Below, one piece after another: positions 57,504 through 64,000 of a stretch of 64,000 nt of DNA. Below the pieces are notes generated by a model that saw nothing but the letters and a program-made list of their open reading frames with translations, did no database searches and was not told the origin of the DNA. The DNA comes from Candidatus Woesearchaeota archaeon (GTDB lineage Archaea > Nanobdellota > Nanobdellia > Woesearchaeales > UBA12501), in the NCBI GenBank assembly GCA_030651375.1, contig JAUSFM010000014.1:89630-153629 (forward strand), in the 5' to 3' direction. Position numbers and translations under genes: made by a program. The stretch's first letter is position 1; every line of letters begins with the position of its first letter.

Positions 57504-59108
57504 TCATCCAGTGGTACGGTTTCGCCGATACACATACACGTCCTTGTCCATAAATCCAAGTTCTGTTCCGCTGCGGGCGAGCTCTTTCCAAAACTGCCAG
57601 TCCTGGCCGCGCGGCCATAGCCTGCTGAAATAGCCAGCTGCATCAATCGCTTTTTTGGTCATCAGTGTTGTTCCGCCATGGATGATGGGCGCTCCTTCGA
57701 GCTCCATCGGCGAACAAGGATTGACCTGTCCTGTTCTGAATCGTTGAAGATTATATGTATGATAACGCGCTGCGCCTGATTCAGGAAATGGCCTTCCGTG
57801 CTCATCAGTTGTCCTGCTCTGTGCATGGACAATACCGACGGTTGGATGCGCTTGAAGATAATCGATTTGTGATGTGGTCTTATCTGGAAGAATTGCGTCG
57901 CTGCCGCCGGTGACTGAAAAGTAACGAGCACCGCGGGCTTTTCCAATCTTTAGTCCGCGCGCAAATGCGCCGCCTGCGCCACGATTTTCTTCGCTCACAA
58001 CGACGACACTACCATCACTGATCTCGCGTGCATACCTTTTGCGGATGCTGTCTGCGGTTGCTCCGGTGGTGCTTCCATCGTCAATAACAATGGCGCCCAC
58101 GCGGTGGTGCCCCTCTTGGTTTAAAATACTCGTGAGGCACTGGTCAACATGATATGGATTTTCATTATAGAGTGCAACAATGTAGGCAACATCAATTGGT
58201 GGTGCAGCGCACGCCTGCGCTGTTTCTGCTTCGGTGATGCGATGAAATGCACGGCGTTGGAACGGATTATGTGGTGTGCTGTTTTTTCGTGCTGCATCAA
58301 AAAGTTTCAGCACGCCTTCGACACCTTCATTGCACAGGCCGCGGTAATAGGCAATTTCAGGATTTGCCGGATCTTTTTTTGCCGCTTGGTACAGGTACCA
58401 TCGCGCTGCCTTGGTGTGCTGTGCTCCGATGTCGCCGTCACGCAGGCCGAAAACAGCGTGTGCTTTTGCACGCAACAGAGCACGAGAGGGATTAGTTTCG
58501 CCAGCAGGTATTTGGTTCAATCGATCAGTTGCATCACGCTCAATTTTTTCTATCAATTGTGTGATCTCCGGTGTGGGTCTTTTTTGTTGGACGTTGAGCA
58601 AGGTGGCAAGCGCTTCTCGTTCACGTCCCTCCCGCGCCAATGCTTTTCCTAATCCTTGGTAGGCAACAGGATTGTGGGGGTTGACAAATTCAATAACTTC
58701 ACGAAAACAGTGTTCTGCGGCATCATACCTCTGTAGGGTAAAAAGAAGGTCGCCGAGTTCAATCCACGCTGAATCGTTCATATAATCATTTCTTAACACG
58801 AATGTATAACCACCGGGAAAGGGGTTATTGTTCCGAGGGGTTGCGGCGCGCAAGGAAGGAGTGTCAAAAAGCATTGCGGGATTGCTGGTTCCCACGGCCT
58901 TGACAACATGGCCGCGATCGCGGTCGGCACGGGCTGCGCTGTGGAACTTGGCATTCGCGTTATATAGAGTGGCAACAGACTGTTCAAAAGCAGACGTGGG
59001 TTGTAGTCGTAATTGTCCCCGTACAAGTAACTCTTCAAATTGGCGGTGTGCTGTTTCAGGATCGCCGGTTCTGCTGACTGCTCTTGCGCGTATGATTGCA
59101 GGGTTCAT
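57504..59108 (-). CDS. N-terminal TPR repeats fused to family-2 glycosyltransferase domain
   Basis: GT2 'VAYIVALYNENPYHVDQCLTSILNQ...AIVIDDGSTTG' and a DxD-like region. The N-terminal 250 aa are TPR-like. Confidence 0.6.
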   Translation of the reverse strand: MNPAIIRARAVSRTGDPETAHRQFEELLVRGQLRLQPTSAFEQSVATLYNANAKFHSAARADRDRGHVVKAVGTSNPAMLFDTPSLRAATPRNNNPFPGGYTFVLRNDYMNDSAWIELGDLLFTLQRYDAAEHCFREVIEFVNPHNPVAYQGLGKALAREGREREALATLLNVQQKRPTPEITQLIEKIERDATDRLNQIPAGETNPSRALLRAKAHAVFGLRDGDIGAQHTKAARWYLYQAAKKDPANPEIAYYRGLCNEGVEGVLKLFDAARKNSTPHNPFQRRAFHRITEAETAQACAAPPIDVAYIVALYNENPYHVDQCLTSILNQEGHHRVGAIVIDDGSTTGATADSIRKRYAREISDGSVVVVSEENRGAGGAFARGLKIGKARGARYFSVTGGSDAILPDKTTSQIDYLQAHPTVGIVHAQSRTTDEHGRPFPESGAARYHTYNLQRFRTGQVNPCSPMELEGAPIIHGGTTLMTKKAIDAAGYFSRLWPRGQDWQFWKELARSGTELGFMDKDVYVYRRNRTTG

Positions 59109-59174
59109 GGGAAGGAATGAAGAAGAAGTACTATATAAACCTTTCTATTTTTTAACCACTACTAAGTGGTTATT

Positions 59175-60605
59175 TTAATCGGCTTTTGGAGGGGCCAAAA
59201 ATACGCTCATTTTGGCTTCTACCTGACCATCGAGCCGTTTTGCCCGGTATTTCAGCCCGGCACCGTACTTACGGTTGCCTTCAGTGCTGCTCTCTGCGCT
59301 GATAACTTCCCCCAACAAATACATTCCCGCTGCGCTGTCAATGCCGCCACGCCCACTTCCCCGAAAGATAGTGAGTTGCTTTTTTGCTTCAGGATAATCT
59401 CCTTCCATGAACGCAGCAAGGCCTCGCATAAAAAAAGGATAATATTCAATGGGCACCGGCGTTGCAAGAGCCTGCAGTTTCTCTTCGATGGTCGCGTCTT
59501 TTTTTCGCGCGTAGTATTTTAATCCGGCAGCCCATTTTGCTGCGCCCGCGTTCAGTGGTTTTCCATCAGGTCCCTGATTCTGCGCATCAACAACCATGCC
59601 GAATAAGTACACACCAACGGCGTCGTCTGCTGATTCACTTTTTAGAAACGGTGCAAGGTGCTGTCGAGCATCTCCATATGCTCCAGAACCATAGGCGCGC
59701 GCGCCTCGAATGAATGCACCGCGATAGGCAGGCGACGGCACTGCCCCTGCACGAAGTAACTCGTACACTAAAAGATGTGCAAGAAGATGGGGTGTTTCAC
59801 CAACATCGGGCCGCACTGCTTCTTTCAATCCTTGGCGCAGAGCGGATGTTTCTTCACCAAGCCGGCGTATCTGATTCGTTGCTGCTTCAACTGCCTGTGT
59901 GTATTCCGCTTGAATACGGGCTTCTGCTGCACGCGCTGTTTTCAACGCTGGCTCTAAACCCTCTGCCCGTGTTCTATATATTTCTGCATCTGCTAGATTT
60001 TTATCAGCTTGTCGGCGTGCAGTAGCGCGCTCTGCGCGCGCAATGTCGCCATCACGAACTGCGGCATTATACAGCGTGCGGTTTTTATCTCGCTCGCGTT
60101 CCGCTACTTCAACGCGTGCTTCGAGTTCGCGAACTTTCGCCGGATCACCGCCCTTACTCGCAAGAAGTTCTTGAATGCGCCGTTCTGAAATGCCTGCACC
60201 AGTTGCAGCAGCCCGAACAAGATCGAGTAATTTTCTTTCTAAATCTCCTTTTTCTGTTTCTGCAACAGCCAACCGATCCTTCAAAATCTGTGCTCCTGCA
60301 AGAATACGCGCAACCTGTTCTTCAGGAATGCCGCCGCCGTTGCCGTAGCTGTTCACCCAGCTCTCGAGCTGGGCTGCATCCGCAGCTTCAATCTCCTGAT
60401 ACGCGCCATTCAAAACCTTGAAAACGCCGTCGGCAGGCAAGCCGTAATCAACAAAATCTTTTCCACCCTGATCCGGGTGGAGCAGCCGCGCGGCATTGCG
60501 ATAATATTTTTTTGCTGCATCAACTAATGTGCCGTTGACTAACAAAACCTCAAGCTGTCCCTTGCTGAAGGGAAATTTGCTGAGTGGATTTTCTTTGGTA
60601 GCCAT
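59175..60605 (-). CDS. J-domain (DnaJ-like, HPD motif) protein with central coiled coil and two copies of a novel C-terminal ~70-aa module
   Basis: 'AAKKYYRNAARLLHPDQGGKDF...FKVLNGAYQEI' is a canonical J-domain helix II-HPD-helix III. The middle is an R/A/E-rich coiled coil. The C-terminal module repeats (…GVYLFGMVV…KAA…; …GMYLLGEVI…LDGQVEAKM). Confidence 0.55.
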   Translation of the reverse strand: MATKENPLSKFPFSKGQLEVLLVNGTLVDAAKKYYRNAARLLHPDQGGKDFVDYGLPADGVFKVLNGAYQEIEAADAAQLESWVNSYGNGGGIPEEQVARILAGAQILKDRLAVAETEKGDLERKLLDLVRAAATGAGISERRIQELLASKGGDPAKVRELEARVEVAERERDKNRTLYNAAVRDGDIARAERATARRQADKNLADAEIYRTRAEGLEPALKTARAAEARIQAEYTQAVEAATNQIRRLGEETSALRQGLKEAVRPDVGETPHLLAHLLVYELLRAGAVPSPAYRGAFIRGARAYGSGAYGDARQHLAPFLKSESADDAVGVYLFGMVVDAQNQGPDGKPLNAGAAKWAAGLKYYARKKDATIEEKLQALATPVPIEYYPFFMRGLAAFMEGDYPEAKKQLTIFRGSGRGGIDSAAGMYLLGEVISAESSTEGNRKYGAGLKYRAKRLDGQVEAKMSVFLAPPKAD

Positions 60606-60624
60606 GATATGCGTTCACCCTCTT

Positions 60625-61629
60625 TTATCTTTTCGGCGTGATTTTCGGCGCACCGAGATATCCGGCGACGGTGCTGGCTGCTGCGGGATCACGTGTTTTG
60701 AGATCCGCAACAAACGTCGCGTACGACGCAGGGCCGCGGGTTTGTTCGATCATGCCGGCGATGAGTGGAGGAATCATCTCAACCAGTTCGCCTAATGCAA
60801 CATACCGTTCAGTTTCGCTTCCTGGTGTGATGCAGGATTTTTTTGCAATCTGGAAAACAGGGTTGTTTCCTTGTATGCCCTTACAATCAACGACATAAAA
60901 CAAGCTGCTTACCGCTTTGAACGCTGCAAGTGATGTTCGCCAATTGACATTCATCGGGCACCCGTAATCCTCTCCCATAAATACGTCTGCGTAATATCGG
61001 TCCTTGACATCAGTAAATACCCCTCTAGATTTTAGATCTGCCAACTGGCCATGCGCCGCAGTTTCCATAAAAGTAACTGCAACAACTTTTCGCCTTTTTC
61101 CTTCGGGAACGTGCGCAGCACTAACCAGTTTTGCTGCTTCATTCCAGCCACATTCATAATTCTCCACCGTATCAAAATTGCTTGGCGCCGGCCGAATTCC
61201 AGCAAGATATTGTTGGACAGCGGCCCTATCTTTATTAAGCGGGAAAATATCGACACCAAGAACAGGTTCACGAAATGAAGACTGGCCATAATGGTCCGTA
61301 AGTGCCAGAATTGCGAATCGTGTTGTTGCACCGGGTTTCCATAATTCGCCTGAAAAATCGTTAATCGTTTTTTCAACTTGCCCTATAGTTGGGTACATAC
61401 TACCAGTTCTATCCACCACGGCAACAACATCAACAACGCTGCCTTCGGCTTCCAGTTTTGCTGCGCCTTTGACGTCGCCGGCTGCGAGGAGCCGTGCAGA
61501 ATCAGTAATCACTGAATCAACAAATGCTTCTGCAGCTTGTTCTACTGTTTGTCCTTTCGGCAGGGATTTTGCGTCCTTTCCTGCGCCTAATCCTAATAGT
61601 TCATCTAACAAATTTTTAGAGTCTGCCAT
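60625..61629 (-). CDS. von Willebrand factor A (vWA)-like domain protein
   Basis: MIDAS-like 'VVAVVDRTGSM' (DxTxS) followed by a Rossmann-like alternation. 334 aa. Weak family assignment. Confidence 0.4.
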   Translation of the reverse strand: MADSKNLLDELLGLGAGKDAKSLPKGQTVEQAAEAFVDSVITDSARLLAAGDVKGAAKLEAEGSVVDVVAVVDRTGSMYPTIGQVEKTINDFSGELWKPGATTRFAILALTDHYGQSSFREPVLGVDIFPLNKDRAAVQQYLAGIRPAPSNFDTVENYECGWNEAAKLVSAAHVPEGKRRKVVAVTFMETAAHGQLADLKSRGVFTDVKDRYYADVFMGEDYGCPMNVNWRTSLAAFKAVSSLFYVVDCKGIQGNNPVFQIAKKSCITPGSETERYVALGELVEMIPPLIAGMIEQTRGPASYATFVADLKTRDPAAASTVAGYLGAPKITPKR

Positions 61630-61631
61630 AG

Positions 61632-62240
61632 TTATTCACCTTGTGTTGTTATTGGTTTCATTTTCGTTTCGATTTCTGCGTCAAGCGTTCGTGCTTTGCC
61701 AATGAGATGTCTGCTGAATTTTTGCGCCCCGACGTCTTCAGGATATAATCGTCCGACAACCACTCCCAAAAGATAGGTCCCGTGCGGGCAGTCTACTGTT
61801 TTCCTAAACGACTCAAGCATGCTGCGTGCTATAGCGAGGTCGCCGAATCGGAATGCAGCAACGCCGCCTTCATACGTCTCCAGATACGCTGCAGGAATAT
61901 GTTGTTTGGCAAGTTCCCGTGTAACATCTTCTACAGATCGGGCCACAGGCGCATCTTTTTCAAGCTTGAAGATCGTTCCATCGGCAATACTATAATCGTT
62001 CAGATGTAAAAACTCCTTAACTGCAGTATAATCAACGCCGAGGCCATATGTTTTGTTGGCCATAGTCTCCAAAGCATTGTACGTTCTTCTTCTTATTGCT
62101 TCATCTTCCTCCCAAAATTGGTCCATCCGTCTCTCCCTTAATCGGTCTTGAATGGTAGCCTCTGGTTGGCCTGGAACATTTCGCTTTCTGCCCCCGGTTA
62201 TTACTCTAGCAACCAGTCGGGTAAATATATTTTCACTCAT
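61632..62240 (-). CDS. Small protein (203 aa) carrying the shared C-terminal module of the cluster
   Basis: Track ORF trimmed to the ATG at 62240, 2 nt after the upstream stop. C-terminal 'GDLAIARSMLESFRKTVDCPHGTYLLGVVVGRLYPEDVGAQKFSRHLIGKARTLDAEIETKM'. Confidence 0.4.
   Translation of the reverse strand: MSENIFTRLVARVITGGRKRNVPGQPEATIQDRLRERRMDQFWEEDEAIRRRTYNALETMANKTYGLGVDYTAVKEFLHLNDYSIADGTIFKLEKDAPVARSVEDVTRELAKQHIPAAYLETYEGGVAAFRFGDLAIARSMLESFRKTVDCPHGTYLLGVVVGRLYPEDVGAQKFSRHLIGKARTLDAEIETKMKPITTQGE
61655..61765. repeat. About 110-nt DNA segment near-identical to 62258-62363 (47-nt perfect core)
   Basis: tcaagcgttcgtgctttgccaatgagatgtctgctgaatttttgcgc is identical at 61681-61727 and 62279-62325, with near-identical flanks. 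Encodes the conserved module in two adjacent genes. Confidence 0.6.
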
Positions 62241-63993
62241 GCGCCAACACCTCATGCATATGCGTTTCAATTTCTGTGTCAAGCGTTCGTGCTTTGCCAA
62301 TGAGATGTCTGCTGAATTTTTGCGCTCCAGAATTATCTGGGTATAATCGTTCGACAACTGTGCCGAGCAAATACAGCCCGGGAGCCACATCGGTTCCTCT
62401 GAAGGTTTCGAGTGCAGTCCGAGCTTCGGATAAGTTTCCTTCAGCGAAGGCACGTAACCCAGTTTGATAAGGAGTATGATATTGTTCTGGCACGCCGGAT
62501 AATAATGCAGCAAGAGGTTGCACCACTGTTTTTTCTGCTTCTGCTTCCAACATTCCAACTTCTTCCCTGCGTTGTGCGTAGGCGCCGAGGAATCCGGCAA
62601 CTGCATCCATGACAGCAGCGTACGGGTTCAATCCTGCAAAGCGATATAATGCTGCTTTATCCTGAACTGCTTCGGGTGTGATTTCGCCGGTAAGGCTGGT
62701 AACAACTTGGTTGAGGAAGGTTCCTAATTCTCTTTGTTGAGCACCGCTCGTGGCAGTGAGCTGTTTAATTTGACTTGTTTGTTCACCGAGCTGGCCACGA
62801 AGTGTTTCCGTTTCTCCACGCGCAGCATCACGTTCTGTTTCAGCTGCAGCGAAACGGCTGCGATAGGTTCGTAATGCAGCAGCCATGGGCACGTGAACAT
62901 CGGACAAGAAACCGTTAAACCATTGCGTTGCTTCACGCTCTTGTTGATATGCCTGTACGATGCCAGTAAGATACCTACACATTTCTTGGTCTTCTTCGCT
63001 GTTGCCAGCGAATTTTCTTTTGATAGTTGTGTACACTTCATTTGGATCTGCCATGGAAACAAGACTTGACAGAACACCAGTGACCGCGGTAAGCCTATCA
63101 GCGAGTGTATAGTTTGTTCTGTTGAGTTTACGTATTTCTTCTTGATGAACTGTTTGCGCTGCTTTCAAATCTGCAATTTCTCCCAGTTTTCCAGCAATGC
63201 GCGACGCTGCTGCGCCTGCCTGCCGTCCTGTTTCTGCCTTTGCCTCTCCAAGCAAAGCGTCCAGAGTCTGATACAACGTCGGATCAACGCCCAAGCGCAC
63301 AAACAATGCGCGCATATACGCTGCATCATCCTCTGCAGCACGCCGTGCATATTCGGTTCGGGAGAATCGGTTGGTTAATTCGCCGCCATACATTCCATGC
63401 AACCGCTGGTTGCCTCGCCAAGATAATTTGTGCCTGATGTCAGCAGGTGTTGCCGGCCGTGCGCGGACATAGACGACAGAAACATCATCTTTTCCAACAA
63501 ACTGTTCATTGAATTCAGCAAGCCAATCTTGTTCGAATTCTTTAGTGTTTTTGTCGGAAGGAATTGAAGCAGGATTGTGGTGCTGCGCCCAAGAAACAAC
63601 TTCTTCGTATCCAATCGCGGATAATGGCTTCTTGACATGACGTTCGATGGCCGATGAATTCAGCATATTATTTCCGATGATGAGCTCTCTGATTTTAAGT
63701 TTTCTGAACGTCGTCCATGCGCCGAAGCCGACGCCGGGTGAGTTTTCTGAAAAAGAAGTGCTTGCTGAATCTGCGATAAGGTCAGCAACGTTTTGGGGCG
63801 AGACGGTATAGTCCAGTTCCACACGGCGTTCGCCGCGCTTGTAATCCCATTGAACCGTGCCGAGTGCAGCGGTGAGGTCGGCAGGCGACAAAAATGCAGC
63901 GCCGTCAGACAGGAGCATGATGTCCCCGGCAAGCGGCTGAACCGCACAGGAGACAGTGAAATCTTTTTCAGCCATGCCCAGCGCCCGTGACAC
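62233..63993 (-). CDS. Large (586 aa) protein with unknown N-terminal domain, central coiled coil and the shared C-terminal module
   Basis: C-terminal 'GNLSEARTALETFRGTDVAPGLYLLGTVVERLYPDNSGAQKFSRHLIGKARTLDTEIETHM'. First gene of a four-gene co-directional cluster. Start lies 7 nt from the window edge. Confidence 0.45.
   Translation of the reverse strand: MSRALGMAEKDFTVSCAVQPLAGDIMLLSDGAAFLSPADLTAALGTVQWDYKRGERRVELDYTVSPQNVADLIADSASTSFSENSPGVGFGAWTTFRKLKIRELIIGNNMLNSSAIERHVKKPLSAIGYEEVVSWAQHHNPASIPSDKNTKEFEQDWLAEFNEQFVGKDDVSVVYVRARPATPADIRHKLSWRGNQRLHGMYGGELTNRFSRTEYARRAAEDDAAYMRALFVRLGVDPTLYQTLDALLGEAKAETGRQAGAAASRIAGKLGEIADLKAAQTVHQEEIRKLNRTNYTLADRLTAVTGVLSSLVSMADPNEVYTTIKRKFAGNSEEDQEMCRYLTGIVQAYQQEREATQWFNGFLSDVHVPMAAALRTYRSRFAAAETERDAARGETETLRGQLGEQTSQIKQLTATSGAQQRELGTFLNQVVTSLTGEITPEAVQDKAALYRFAGLNPYAAVMDAVAGFLGAYAQRREEVGMLEAEAEKTVVQPLAALLSGVPEQYHTPYQTGLRAFAEGNLSEARTALETFRGTDVAPGLYLLGTVVERLYPDNSGAQKFSRHLIGKARTLDTEIETHMHEVLAHE
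62258..62363. repeat. Second copy of the near-identical ~110-nt segment (see 61655-61765)
   Basis: Same 47-nt perfect core, 62279-62325. Confidence 0.6.
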
Positions 63994-64000
63994 GCGGTTG

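Noticed and set aside
1-64000. CRISPR arrays or rRNA genes
   Set aside because: No arrays of regularly spaced identical 25-40 nt repeats and no rRNA-like conserved stretches were seen. The only regular repeats are those reported near tRNA-Ile, near ftsZ, and at 29998-30040.

Overview
This 64 kb window looks like an archaeal chromosome with GC near 50% and tightly packed, often overlapping genes on both strands. Hallmark archaeal genes include Orc1/Cdc6, FtsZ, ATP-dependent DNA ligase, class II ribonucleotide reductase, the RNase P Rpp21 subunit, ribosomal protein L35Ae, diphthine synthase, deoxyhypusine synthase, Kae1 and Sua5/YrdC, membrane-bound LonB, a TrmB regulator, TruD/Pus7, and an archaetidylserine synthase/decarboxylase pair. 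Four tRNAs are present: Asn-GTT, Arg-GCG, Pro-GGG and Ile-GAT. There are also two glycosylation clusters (GT2, GT4, TPR fusions and paralogous 12-TM membrane proteins), triosephosphate isomerase, a PRPP synthetase, an LDH/MDH-family dehydrogenase and a full-length RelA/SpoT enzyme. The most unusual content is a four-gene operon at the 3' end of the window (59175-63993, minus strand). It encodes a J-domain protein, a vWA-like protein and two further proteins, three of which share a previously unannotated ~70-aa C-terminal module, with near-identical DNA copies that point to recent duplication or gene conversion. Other notable items are an array of degenerate tandem repeats downstream of tRNA-Ile that each end in the tRNA 3' terminus (probable integration scars), an AT-rich islet with a PIN-domain gene beside tRNA-Arg, an N-terminally truncated Hel308-like helicase overlapped by an Lrp gene, and ORB-like TCCAGTG repeats near orc1. 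All calls rest on reading the supplied ORF translations and the raw sequence; no database searches were run.
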